From Actinomycetes bacterium (GTDB lineage Bacteria; Actinomycetota; Actinomycetes; Actinomycetales; Demequinaceae), in assembly GCA_030428165.1 (NCBI GenBank), contig JAUIBG010000001.1, forward strand, positions 1 to 48,643: a stretch of DNA of 48,643 nucleotides, written 5' to 3'. Under the pieces are notes generated by a model, which saw only the letters and a list, made by a program, of their open reading frames with translations, did not search any database and had not been told where the DNA came from. Of this stretch, positions 17,666 through 27,230 are shown in pieces; position 1 is the stretch's first letter, and the number at the start of each line of letters is the position of its first letter. The translations under genes and the position numbers were made by a program.

Positions 17666-19174
17666 CTAGCCGCGACGACGGCGCGAGCCGCCGCCACCGG
17701 ACGAGAAGGCCGCGGCGCTGGAGTGACCGGAGCCGTGCGAGGTGCGGCCGCCGGACGAGCGACGGGCGCCGCCGGACTGCTGACCGCGCGACGACTGCTG
17801 GCTGCCCTGCGACGAGCCGCGCGACTGACCGCCACGACCGCCGGCCGACTGGCCACCGCGCGACTGGCCGTTGCGGGACTGACCGCTGCGGGACTGGCCC
17901 GCGCCTGCTCCCCCGCGACCACGGCCGCGTCCGCCGCCCTGGCCGCCGGAGCGCTGGCCGCCCGAACGCTGCTGCTGCGGCGCCTGGACCGGAGCCGGCT
18001 TCACGTAGGGCGCCTCGGGGCCTGCGAGGTCGATGACGACCGGGTGGGTCGCATGGACGTCCTGCGGCTGCGCGGTGATCTTGGCCTTGCGGAGCAGGTC
18101 CTTGGTGTCGCGGCGCTGCTCGGGCAGGACCAGCGTGACGACGTCACCGGCGGTGCCAGCGCGGGCAGTGCGGCCCGAGCGGTGAAGGTACGCCTTGTGC
18201 TCGGCCGGCGGGTCCACGTGGACCACGAGCTCGATGCCATCGACGTGGACGCCGCGGGCGGCGACGTCCGTCGCGACGAGAACCTGGGCGGAGCCGTCGG
18301 CGAAGGCCGCGAGGTTCCGGTCACGGGCGTTCTGCGAGAGGTTGCCGTGCAGGTCGACCGAGGGGATGCCGTCGGCCGTGAGCTGCTTGGCGAGGCGCTT
18401 GGCCTGGTGCTTGGTGCGCATGAACAGCACGCGGCGACCCTGGCCGGCGGCGAGGCGGCGGACCAGGTCCTTCTTCGCATCGGCGCCGGAGACGTGGAAG
18501 ACGTGGTGCGTCATGAGCTCGACGTGGCTGTCGGCGGAGTCCACCGAGTGCGTCGTCGGGTTGGTCATGAAGCGCTTGACGAGCTTGTCCACGCCATTGT
18601 CGAGCGTGGCGGAGAACAGCAGACGCTGCCCCTTCTTGGGGGTCGCGTTCATGATGCGGGTGACGCCGGGCAGGAAGCCCAGGTCGGCCATGTGGTCGGC
18701 CTCGTCCAGGACCGTGATCTCGATCGAGTCGAGCGAGACGACGCCCTGCTTCATGAGGTCCTCGAGGCGGCCGGGGCACGCCACGACGATGTCGACGCCG
18801 GCGCTCAGCGCGTTCTCCTGGCGGCGCTGGTTCACGCCGCCGAAGATCGTGGTCGTCTTGAGGCGGTACGCGGCGGCCAGGGGCTTGATGGCCTCGTCGA
18901 TCTGAGTCGCGAGCTCGCGGGTGGGCGCGAGGATCAGGGCGCGCGGGTGGCCCGGGCGGGCACGTCCTCCGGAAGCGCCGATGCGGGCGGCGACGGGGAT
19001 CGAGAAGGCCAGGGTCTTGCCCGAGCCGGTCTTGCCGCGGCCCAGCACGTCACGCCCGGAGAGGGTGTCGCCCAGGGTGTCGGCCTGAATGGGGAACGGC
19101 TCGGTCTTGCCGTCGCGCGCGAGCACGTCGGTGATCTTGGTGGGCACGCCGAGGTCGGCGAAGGTGGTGGTCAT
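17666..19174 (-). CDS. DEAD-box RNA helicase
   Basis: Q motif, GKTGSGKT, PTRELA, DEAD, SAT, ARGVH, HRSGRTARAG; Gly/Gln/Arg/Ser low-complexity tail. Confidence 0.95.
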   Translation of the reverse strand: MTTTFADLGVPTKITDVLARDGKTEPFPIQADTLGDTLSGRDVLGRGKTGSGKTLAFSIPVAARIGASGGRARPGHPRALILAPTRELATQIDEAIKPLAAAYRLKTTTIFGGVNQRRQENALSAGVDIVVACPGRLEDLMKQGVVSLDSIEITVLDEADHMADLGFLPGVTRIMNATPKKGQRLLFSATLDNGVDKLVKRFMTNPTTHSVDSADSHVELMTHHVFHVSGADAKKDLVRRLAAGQGRRVLFMRTKHQAKRLAKQLTADGIPSVDLHGNLSQNARDRNLAAFADGSAQVLVATDVAARGVHVDGIELVVHVDPPAEHKAYLHRSGRTARAGTAGDVVTLVLPEQRRDTKDLLRKAKITAQPQDVHATHPVVIDLAGPEAPYVKPAPVQAPQQQRSGGQRSGGQGGGRGRGRGGAGAGQSRSGQSRNGQSRGGQSAGGRGGQSRGSSQGSQQSSRGQQSGGARRSSGGRTSHGSGHSSAAAFSSGGGGSRRRRG

Positions 19175-19490
19175 CGTGGGTACGTCTTTCGTCTGTGCGC
19201 CGGGAGGTGCGCGGCACATGGTCGTGCCGCAGCGCGGCCGTGACTGTCACGGCACCGGCGGTGGTGGCGAAGCGCGCGGGGTGCCGCGCGTTCGTTCGCC
19301 GAAGAGAGGATTTCTACGAGCCGCGCCGTCGTGTCTGGACGTGTGCGCTGGCGAGAAGGAGAAGCAATCTGCGACGCATGCAGGGCCTGTCATCGGCCTC
19401 GCACAAGGATCAAGGCTAGCAGGCCGCCTGGTATTCCCGAGAATCGCAGTCCCGAGAACCTCTGCTCGAAATCCGCATCGGCGCGGACAA

Positions 19491-20438
19491 TCAGTCCTGG
19501 GCGGCCCCGGACGTCGCTCCGACGTACCGACCCAGCCAGTCCTGGGCGCGGCCGATCAGGGCCTGGGCGATCTCCGTCTCGTGAGCCCAGTTCTCGAACC
19601 CGTGCGGCGCACCGCACACGACATCGGTTGTCACCGGCACGCCGGCGCCGCGCAGGCGATCGGCGTAGACCTGGCACTCGTCCGCGAAGAGCTCGACATC
19701 TCCCCAGGAGAGGAATGCGGGCGGGAGACCAGTGAGATCGTCGCATCGTGCCGCGACAGCGTATGCCGGGCACACCTCGTGGCCAGGCGGCTGCGAGAGG
19801 TACCCGGTCCATCCCTGACGGTTCTTCACGTTGTCCCACACGCGGTGGCGCCGAGCGTCCAACGAGGTGTCTGCGGCGGTCCGATCGTCCAGCATGGGCG
19901 CGAAGAGCCACTGACAGACCGGCTGCTGGCCGCCCTCGTCCCTGATCCGCTGCGCCACGGCGGCGGCGAGCCCGCCGCCCGCGCTCTCCCCCGCGATCGC
20001 GATCCGCGCAGGATCGACTTCGAGGCCCGCCGCGTGGTCGAGGAACCAGGTCCATGACTCGTGGACATCGTCGTGCGCTGCGGGGAAAGGATGCTTGGGC
20101 GCCACTCGATAGTTCGCGGAGACGATCAACACCCCGAGGCGCTCAGCGGTGGACAGGCACAGTGCCTCGTCCTGCCGCGCATCGCCGAACATCAGGCCGC
20201 CACCGTGAACCCACAGCATGCCCGCACCGGAACGAGCACCGCGCGGCACGTAGATGCGCAGGCGGTTTCCCGACGGCGAGAAGGCAGTGGTGACCGACAC
20301 CTTGCTCGATCGGGGCACCGGCATGTGAGTGACGGCGAACTGGGCGAGCCAATGCGGCAGGCGCAGCTCGGCCCGCCCGATGAGGGGCAGGAGCTCCGGA
20401 TCGATCGAGGCATCGCGCTCGGCATGGTGACCGGTCAT
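19491..20438 (-). CDS. Alpha/beta hydrolase fold-3 (HSL-like esterase)
   Basis: HGGG, YRVAPKHPFP, GESAGG, HGF. Confidence 0.9.
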   Translation of the reverse strand: MTGHHAERDASIDPELLPLIGRAELRLPHWLAQFAVTHMPVPRSSKVSVTTAFSPSGNRLRIYVPRGARSGAGMLWVHGGGLMFGDARQDEALCLSTAERLGVLIVSANYRVAPKHPFPAAHDDVHESWTWFLDHAAGLEVDPARIAIAGESAGGGLAAAVAQRIRDEGGQQPVCQWLFAPMLDDRTAADTSLDARRHRVWDNVKNRQGWTGYLSQPPGHEVCPAYAVAARCDDLTGLPPAFLSWGDVELFADECQVYADRLRGAGVPVTTDVVCGAPHGFENWAHETEIAQALIGRAQDWLGRYVGATSGAAQD

Positions 20439-22093
20439 AGCTCGTACCTGATCTGGTCCGCGTCGAGCTCGGCCATGGCGTCCTCGAGCGCCTCAGACGA
20501 GAACAGGCCGAGGTCGCGCACGTGGATCAGCTGGCGCCGCTGCGCCTTGATGAGCGCCAGGTGCCAGTCGTGCGGCGTCTCGTCGGGAGTGCCGGCGACC
20601 TCGTCCTCGTGCTGCTCGGCCGCCAGCTTCTTCCGCTCGGCCGCTGCCGCATCGGCCAGGACCTCGTGAAGCCTCGCCTTCTCCTTGGCGAGGTCGGCCG
20701 GATCTGGACCGCCGGACGGCTTGAGCCACTGGATCACCCAGCGGATGGTGCCGCCCTGGATCACCAGCGAGGCCGTGGCGACCACGAACGCGATGAGCAC
20801 CAGGAGGGAGCGCTCGGGCGCATCGGCCGGGAGGGTTTGCGCCGCCGCGATGGTGACGGCGCCGCGCATGCCCGCCCACACCAGCACTCCCCCCTCTCGC
20901 CAGCCGAGCGGGCCGGAGAGCAGGTAGGACGCATCGGCCTCGGCCTTCTGGAGGTCGCGACGGATCGTCTCGTGCTTGTCGTCCGGGTGGGCGCGGCGCA
21001 CGCGCAGAGCGGCGAGGCCGCGCACCTCCGGCGGCGGAGTCGAGAGGTCCTCGAGCTGCGCGCGATCGGCGAGGATCGCGTCGCGTTTGGCTGGCGCTCG
21101 CGAGACGCGGTCGCGCAGGACCGCGAGCAGCGGCGAGATGAAGCCGGCGCGGATGACCAGGCTGACCGCGAGCGCGGCGAAGGCGATCGTGACAGCGCGC
21201 GAGACCGCGAAGTGATCGGTGCGCACCTGCTCGACGACGTCGAGCAGCTCGAGACCCATGATCAGGTAGACGAAGCCCTCGAGGACCACCTCGATGACCT
21301 TCCACGTCTGCCGGTCCGACTGCCGATGCTGGGGCGAGAGGTTCTTGGCGGCGCCGTTTCCCGTGACGAGGCCGGCGACAACTGCGGCGACGAGGCCGGA
21401 GGCGCCCAGCTCCTCGGCGGGGATCGACGCGACGAACGGCACCGTGAGCGAGACGACCGTGTTGACCGTGGGGTTCTTGACGTAGCTGCGCACCCACAGA
21501 TTGAGGCGCCCGACGACGTAGCCGATGATCACCGCCACGGTCAGCGCCATCACGAAGACGCCAGCGACGTTCCAGATCGCGAAGCTCGCGGCGGTGGCGG
21601 CGATCGCGCCGCGCAGCAGCACCAGGGCGACCGCGTCGTTGAGCATGCTCTCGCCCTCGAGGATCGTGGCGAGTCGGGGGTTCACTCCCAGGCGCTTGAT
21701 GATGCCGGTGGCGACCGGGTCGGTGGGGCTGACGAGGGCGCCGAGCGCGAAGCACCACGCCCAGCCCAGCTCGGGCATCAGCCAGTGCAGGTAGACTGCG
21801 AGCAGACCGGTGGAGACGAGAACCAGCCCGACCGAGAGGCCGGAGATCTGCCGGAACTCGCGTCTGAAGTCGGTGGCGGGGATCGAGACCGCTGCCGCAT
21901 AGAGCAGCGGCGGGATGATCACCTCGAGGATGATCTCGGGTGAGACCTCGATGGTCGGGAAGTCGGGGACGAAGCTCGCGGCGATGCCTAGACCGATCAG
22001 GATCAACGGCGTGGCGATGCCGATCCTGGGGCTGACGACGTGCGCGGCCGCGATGCCCAGCAGCGCGAGGACACCCAGCGTCAGCAGCTCCAT
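20435..22093 (-). CDS. Cation:proton antiporter (CPA1/NhaP-like)
   Basis: PPLLY, SPTDPVA, EGESMLND, WAGMRGAVT. Confidence 0.9.
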   Translation of the reverse strand: MELLTLGVLALLGIAAAHVVSPRIGIATPLILIGLGIAASFVPDFPTIEVSPEIILEVIIPPLLYAAAVSIPATDFRREFRQISGLSVGLVLVSTGLLAVYLHWLMPELGWAWCFALGALVSPTDPVATGIIKRLGVNPRLATILEGESMLNDAVALVLLRGAIAATAASFAIWNVAGVFVMALTVAVIIGYVVGRLNLWVRSYVKNPTVNTVVSLTVPFVASIPAEELGASGLVAAVVAGLVTGNGAAKNLSPQHRQSDRQTWKVIEVVLEGFVYLIMGLELLDVVEQVRTDHFAVSRAVTIAFAALAVSLVIRAGFISPLLAVLRDRVSRAPAKRDAILADRAQLEDLSTPPPEVRGLAALRVRRAHPDDKHETIRRDLQKAEADASYLLSGPLGWREGGVLVWAGMRGAVTIAAAQTLPADAPERSLLVLIAFVVATASLVIQGGTIRWVIQWLKPSGGPDPADLAKEKARLHEVLADAAAAERKKLAAEQHEDEVAGTPDETPHDWHLALIKAQRRQLIHVRDLGLFSSEALEDAMAELDADQIRYEL

Positions 22094-22097
22094 GGGC

Positions 22098-22496
22098 CTA
22101 CTCTTGCGCACCCTCCGCGAGCGCCGCTAGGGCTTCCATCGCGTCGTGCCTGCTCTCGTACGGGACGAAGAGGTGATCGTGGTGGAATCCGGCGACCACG
22201 TTGCACGGGATGCCGACGTCGCCGAGCACGCTGGCGAACGCCGCCGTGAGGCCCACCGCCTCGAGCGCAGAGTTCACCTCGAGGGTGATCCACGCGGACG
22301 GGAACTCGTCGTCCAGACCGGCGATGAACGCATCGGCCGCGGGCAGGACCACGGTGAGGCCCTCCTCCTCGGCGACCGTCACGATCGCGCTGTCCGGGAC
22401 GGGGCCATTCGGGAGGCTAGCCCAGACGTAGACTCCTGGATTGAGGCGGGGGCTCATCGAGGAGATGAGCTTCTGAAGGTCGGTCTCGCCGGGCAT
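22098..22496 (-). CDS. ACT-domain protein (DUF2241/ACT_7 type)
   Basis: MPGETDL..L..M.P.L, EEEGLT, SALEAVGLTAA, NVVAGFHHDHLFVP. Confidence 0.85.
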   Translation of the reverse strand: MPGETDLQKLISSMSPRLNPGVYVWASLPNGPVPDSAIVTVAEEEGLTVVLPAADAFIAGLDDEFPSAWITLEVNSALEAVGLTAAFASVLGDVGIPCNVVAGFHHDHLFVPYESRHDAMEALAALAEGAQE

Positions 22497-22630
22497 GCTC
22501 GTGAGTCTAGGGTGGGACCTGTCAGTCTTGGTTGTACAGACACCGTCTATGAAACCTATAGACTGACACCTGCTTGTCGCGGCGATGGTGCTCGACGCCC
22601 ATCCGACCGCACGCATTCGAAGGACCTCCA

Positions 22631-23623
22631 TTGATCGAGCTCGCCGGGGTCTCCAAGACCTTCGCCTCCCGCAGCGGAGCCGTGCGCGCCCTCGACGACG
22701 TCTCCCTGACGGTCGAGCGCGGCCAGATCTACGGTGTCATCGGCCGCTCCGGCGCCGGCAAGTCGACGCTGATCCGCACCGTGAACATGCTTGAGGCGCC
22801 TGATTCCGGCACGATCACCGTCGACGGGGTCGACATGACCTCCCTGGGCGAGGAGGAGCTGCGGGTCGCGCGCCAGCGCATCGGCATGGTGTTCCAGCAC
22901 TTCAACCTGCTGAACTCCCGCACGGTGCGCGGCAACGTCGAGTTCGCGCTCGAGGTGTACGGCGTCGCCAAGGCCGAGCGCGCCCGACGCTCCGCGGAGA
23001 TCCTCGAGCTGGTGGGGCTGACGGAGAAGGCCGATGCCCGCATCGCCGAGCTCTCCGGCGGCCAGAAGCAGCGCGTGGGCATCGCGAGGGCGCTGGCGGG
23101 CAACCCGTCAGTGCTGCTCTCCGACGAGGCCACCAGTGCCCTCGACCCCGACACCACCGAGGAGATCCTGGGCCTGCTGCGGTCGCTGCGCGACGAGCTG
23201 GGCCTCACGATCCTGCTCATCACCCACGAGATGGACGTCGTGAAGTCGCTGTGCGACGCGGCGGCCCTCATGCGCGATGGTCGAGTGGTGGAGCACGGGC
23301 TGCTCACGGATCTGGTGATGCGACCGGAGTCCGAGCTGTCCGACGGGCTGTTCCCGCTGGGCGAGCTGCCCGAGGGCCGTGACACCACGGTGATCGAGAT
23401 CACGTTCGTCGGACTCGCATCCCAGGAGCCGGTCATCACGCGTCTCGCGCGCACACATGAGCTGGACGTGTCGCTGCTGGGCGCCGCGATCGAGACGCTG
23501 GGCGGCAAGCAGACCGGCCGCACGCGTCTCGAGCTGCCGGGCTCCCCCGCCGCGATCACGGCGGCCGTCGAGGACCTCCGCGCGCAGGGCCTCTCCGTCC
23601 GAGTGGTGAGGGAGGCGTCATGA
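22631..23623 (+). CDS. metN: Methionine ABC transporter ATP-binding protein
   Basis: GRSGAGKS, FQHFNLL, LSGGQKQRV, DEATSALDP, C-terminal NIL-like domain; TTG start after GAAGGA. Confidence 0.9.
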   Translation: MIELAGVSKTFASRSGAVRALDDVSLTVERGQIYGVIGRSGAGKSTLIRTVNMLEAPDSGTITVDGVDMTSLGEEELRVARQRIGMVFQHFNLLNSRTVRGNVEFALEVYGVAKAERARRSAEILELVGLTEKADARIAELSGGQKQRVGIARALAGNPSVLLSDEATSALDPDTTEEILGLLRSLRDELGLTILLITHEMDVVKSLCDAAALMRDGRVVEHGLLTDLVMRPESELSDGLFPLGELPEGRDTTVIEITFVGLASQEPVITRLARTHELDVSLLGAAIETLGGKQTGRTRLELPGSPAAITAAVEDLRAQGLSVRVVREAS

Positions 23624-24339
23624 TCGACGAGACCGATCCCGAGTTCTGGCCCACCCTGTGGGCGAACGTGGGCGAGGCGACCCTCGAGACCCTGTACCAG
23701 GTGAGCGTCACGATGCTGCTGACGGCCCTCATCGGCCTCGCCGTGGGCGTGCTGCTCGTCGTCACCGACCGCGGCGGCATGCTCGAGGCGCCGTTCGGCT
23801 CGCGCGCATTCGGCCGCGGCCTCAACTGGGTGCTGCAGGTCGTCGTGAACCTGGGCCGCTCGATCCCCTTCATCATCCTGATGATCGCGCTGATCCCGTT
23901 CACGCGCTGGATCGTCGGCACCGCCTTCTCGGTGACTGCGGCGATCGTGCCGCTGGCGATCGCCGCCATCCCGTTCTTCGCGCGCATCGTCGAGATCGCA
24001 CTGCGCGAGGTGCCGGCTGGACTCATGGAAGCCGGCTCCAGCATCGGCGCCACCAAGTGGCAGCTCGTGTCCAAGGTGCTCATCCCTGAGGCCGGACCGG
24101 CACTCGTGCTGGGACTCACGACCACCGCCGTGTCGGTCGTGAACTTCAGTGCGATCGTCGGCGTCATCGGCGGCGGCGGCCTGGGCGACCTGGCCATCCG
24201 CTACGGGCACCAGCGCTACTCGACTCCGTACATCATCGTCGTGGTCGTCGTCCTCGTGGTGATCGTCACGCTCATCCAAGCGGCCGGCAACAGGATGGCG
24301 ATGCGAATGCGCGGGGGCGGCCCCGCGCGCACCCGCTGA
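23620..24339 (+). CDS. metI: Methionine ABC transporter permease
   Basis: RSIPFIIL, PFFARIVE, GGGGLGDLAIRYG; ATGA overlap. Confidence 0.92.
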   Translation: MIDETDPEFWPTLWANVGEATLETLYQVSVTMLLTALIGLAVGVLLVVTDRGGMLEAPFGSRAFGRGLNWVLQVVVNLGRSIPFIILMIALIPFTRWIVGTAFSVTAAIVPLAIAAIPFFARIVEIALREVPAGLMEAGSSIGATKWQLVSKVLIPEAGPALVLGLTTTAVSVVNFSAIVGVIGGGGLGDLAIRYGHQRYSTPYIIVVVVVLVVIVTLIQAAGNRMAMRMRGGGPARTR

Positions 24340-24425
24340 CAGCGGGCACGACACGCGCGCGGGACCCGTCCGGTAATCCCCCGCCCCCTTGATTTCGCAT
24401 GACACACACGAAAGGCACTACCGCC

Positions 24426-25238
24426 ATGATCCGCACCACCCGCTCGCGCCTGATCGGCGCGACCACCGTCGTCGCCGCCTCCGCCCTGGCGCTCGCCGGC
24501 TGCTCCTCCTCGGACGACTCGAACACGCTGGTCGTCGGCGCGACGGCCGTCCCCGCGGCGGAGCTCGTCCAGTTCGTGATCGACTCGGGCCAGGCTGAGG
24601 CCGCCGGGCTCACGATCGAGATCACCGAGTTCTCGGACTACGTCACCCCGAACCCGGCGCTGTCCGAGGGCTCCACGGACGTCAACCTGTTCCAGCACGA
24701 GCCCTACCTCAACCTCTACAACGAGGACTCGGGCGACGACCTCGTCTCGGTGGGCCAGGTCTACCTCCCGCCGCTGGCGCTGTACTCGAAGACGGTCGAC
24801 TCGCTCGACGCGCTGCCCGACGGCGCCTCGATTGCGCTGCCGAACGACGCCTCGAACGAGGCCCGCGCGCTGCTGCTGCTCGAGGCCGCCGGCCTCATTG
24901 AGGTGACGGACGCGCCGTCCACGGTGGACGACATCGAGTCCAACCCGCGCGGCTTCGAGTTCGTCGAGATCGACGCCGCGTCGCTGCCCGCCGCCCTGGA
25001 CGACAAGGACGCGTCGATCGTGAACTTCTCGTTCGCCTCGGCCGCCGGCCTCAACAGCGACCTGCAGATCCTGTCCGAGGGCCAGGAGTCGATCTACTTC
25101 AACATCCTCGCCACCCGCGCCGAGCTGGCCGACGACGCGAACGTGCTCGCGTTCTACGACCTGCTCACCTCCGAGGAGACGCAGGCATGGATCATCGAGC
25201 AGTACAACGGCCTGGTGATCCCGGCCGAGGTGGGCTAG
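24426..25238 (+). CDS. metQ: MetQ/NlpA substrate-binding lipoprotein
   Basis: LAGC lipobox, FSDYVTPN, NLFQHEPYL, PNDASNEARAL. Confidence 0.92.
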   Translation: MIRTTRSRLIGATTVVAASALALAGCSSSDDSNTLVVGATAVPAAELVQFVIDSGQAEAAGLTIEITEFSDYVTPNPALSEGSTDVNLFQHEPYLNLYNEDSGDDLVSVGQVYLPPLALYSKTVDSLDALPDGASIALPNDASNEARALLLLEAAGLIEVTDAPSTVDDIESNPRGFEFVEIDAASLPAALDDKDASIVNFSFASAAGLNSDLQILSEGQESIYFNILATRAELADDANVLAFYDLLTSEETQAWIIEQYNGLVIPAEVG

Positions 25239-25265
25239 TCCTGCCGGCTCGTCTCGCCTGAGACG

Positions 25266-25306
25266 CGAAACGCCCCTGTCCTCCTCGTGAGGGCGGGGGC
25301 GTTTCG
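25266..25306 (+). terminator. Terminator-like hairpin after metQ
   Basis: CGAAACGCCCC...GGGGCGTTTCG, extended stem. Confidence 0.75.
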
Positions 25307-25696
25307 TACCTCATCGGACGGTGTGGTGACGGGGGCACCGAGATTCAGACTTTCCAGCCTGCAACTCTCCCCGTCGCCGCGCCACAGCGCGAGCGTGAGC
25401 GATGAGTCGCCTTTGGAGCGCCCGCCGAACCCGAGCTCGCCCGACGCGATCAGTAGCCGACTGCGCACTTGATTCATGCGCGCCGAGGATCCGTTGCAGA
25501 CTGGCAACCAGACAAGATCCCACGACTATGAGCAGAAGGATCCGTCACATATCTACGACAAGCGCTCCTCAACGGGATCTAGAGGCGCTTGTCGGGACAA
25601 GAAACGACGAGATCGTTCACACGGATTCAATCCATACATTTCAATTCACATGCGAATTCTCGTAGCCGGAACTTGCGAACGTGATTCAATACGCGC

Positions 25697-27205
25697 ATGC
25701 GACTCAACATCTTTAAGATCGAGAAGTCTGAAGTATCGGGATTGCGCGATGCCCTCGCGTCACAGGGTCTGACGCGTACCTCCGAGGTCCGGCAGGGTGC
25801 TTGGATCGGTGACTTCTACTTCTCTGAAGACCCGACAGGAGCGCCTGTCGCCTGGGTGAGGTTCTTCTCGGACTACACGGGCGTGGACGAGGCGCGCAAC
25901 TTCAACTACTACGGGGCGATGGTTCTGGAGACTGGCAAGAGTGCCTACGCGATCAGTTTCGGGAAGTCCCACTTCTACATTCGCCCCTTCTGTGACTACG
26001 ACTTTGGCATTGAGTTGGCCAAGCGGATTGCCGACGAAGAGGACATCTCGCAAACCTCAGGTCGCCGCTTCCAGGGCCGCGAGAAGAAGGGGATCCGAAG
26101 CTTCACGGATCACACGCGACTAATCGTGCCCCCGGGTGAATCAGTCGACTTCATACAAGCGAAGATCGATGTCGCGAACCGGAAGACCTATGGTTCTAGC
26201 GCAAAGTTCGGAGTTTCAGCTCAGTTGTCACCCGATGTCGAGTTCGATCAGATCGGCGACTTCCTCTCCAATGTCGACGACGCCCTGGGCAAGCCGGAAC
26301 GTTTCAAGCTTCCGCGTACCGTGAAACTTTCAGATGCTGACGAGATCGCCAAACTGGACGAAGAGCTCGTAGACGAGCTCACCGCACCGAAGGGTCTTTC
26401 TGAGATCGCTTCAGACACCTTCGATCTTTTCGGCGTGGACTTCATCTTTGGAAGCGAGGGGAAGTTCCGCCTCCGGTGCGGGCACTACGCACCGAGGGAC
26501 GTGGAGCGCCTGACGATGGCCGAGGTCAAGTCCTATCTGGCGGAGAAGAAGGTACCTCGAGAAAAGGTGCTGAGCTTGAAGGTCCACCGGACCACGGACG
26601 AAGGCAACACGTTCTCGCAGGACATCAAAGAAGCCGTCGACTTCATCAGCGACTCCGAACGTGTCGTGCTCGTCGGCGGCAACTGGTTTCGCTTCAACCA
26701 GGACTACCTCGAGTTCCTCAACGAGGCGGTGCGAAGAATCGAGGTTGAGCCGACCGAGCCTCACCTCCTCGAGATTTCCGCGCAAGAGGGGACCTTCAAC
26801 AGCGACATGTCCGCGCATGGCTATGAAGTAGCGGACAAGAACTTCGGAGTCGCCCAGCTACAAGGAGGTCCTCCCGTCGAAGCCTGGGATCTCCGCAAGG
26901 GTTCGACGGTCTACGCCGTGAAGTTCGGCACTGCCCAGAAACTTGGCTATGTCGTCGACCAGGCGCTTAACCTCCTCGAGCTCCTTCACAACCGGGCAAC
27001 CGTCGAGGCGATTCCAGACTTCGACACCTACTGCCTATGGCTCGGATACAGAGGAACCAAGTTGCCGAACAACATCGCGGATTCCGGGTCGATCATCCTC
27101 AAGCAGAAGCTCGAGGCATGGTCACGGAGATGCATTGAGTTGGGTATCGAGCCACGAATCAAGCTCAGTTTGAAGACTCATACGAGCGAACCGGAGGCCA
27201 AGTAG
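25697..27205 (+). CDS. TIGR04141/DUF6119-like sporadically distributed protein, putative nuclease
   Basis: YAISFGKSHF...DFGIELA N-terminal motif; GNWF; C-terminal EAWDL...AVK...DQA; visibly more A/T than flanks. Confidence 0.65.
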   Translation: MRLNIFKIEKSEVSGLRDALASQGLTRTSEVRQGAWIGDFYFSEDPTGAPVAWVRFFSDYTGVDEARNFNYYGAMVLETGKSAYAISFGKSHFYIRPFCDYDFGIELAKRIADEEDISQTSGRRFQGREKKGIRSFTDHTRLIVPPGESVDFIQAKIDVANRKTYGSSAKFGVSAQLSPDVEFDQIGDFLSNVDDALGKPERFKLPRTVKLSDADEIAKLDEELVDELTAPKGLSEIASDTFDLFGVDFIFGSEGKFRLRCGHYAPRDVERLTMAEVKSYLAEKKVPREKVLSLKVHRTTDEGNTFSQDIKEAVDFISDSERVVLVGGNWFRFNQDYLEFLNEAVRRIEVEPTEPHLLEISAQEGTFNSDMSAHGYEVADKNFGVAQLQGGPPVEAWDLRKGSTVYAVKFGTAQKLGYVVDQALNLLELLHNRATVEAIPDFDTYCLWLGYRGTKLPNNIADSGSIILKQKLEAWSRRCIELGIEPRIKLSLKTHTSEPEAK

Positions 27206-27230
27206 CTACTCGAAGAGGGTTCAGCCGCTT

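Noticed and set aside
17690-17990. GQSR-type repeats in the helicase tail
   Set aside because: Ordinary low-complexity C-terminus of actinobacterial DEAD-box helicases.
22500-22630. SAM riboswitch before metNIQ
   Set aside because: Leader is short and I could not find SAM-I/IV core elements; an Rfam scan would settle it.
25235-25772. Short ORFs upstream of the DUF6119-like gene as partner genes
   Set aside because: No RBS, motif or consistent frame support; one overlaps the terminator.
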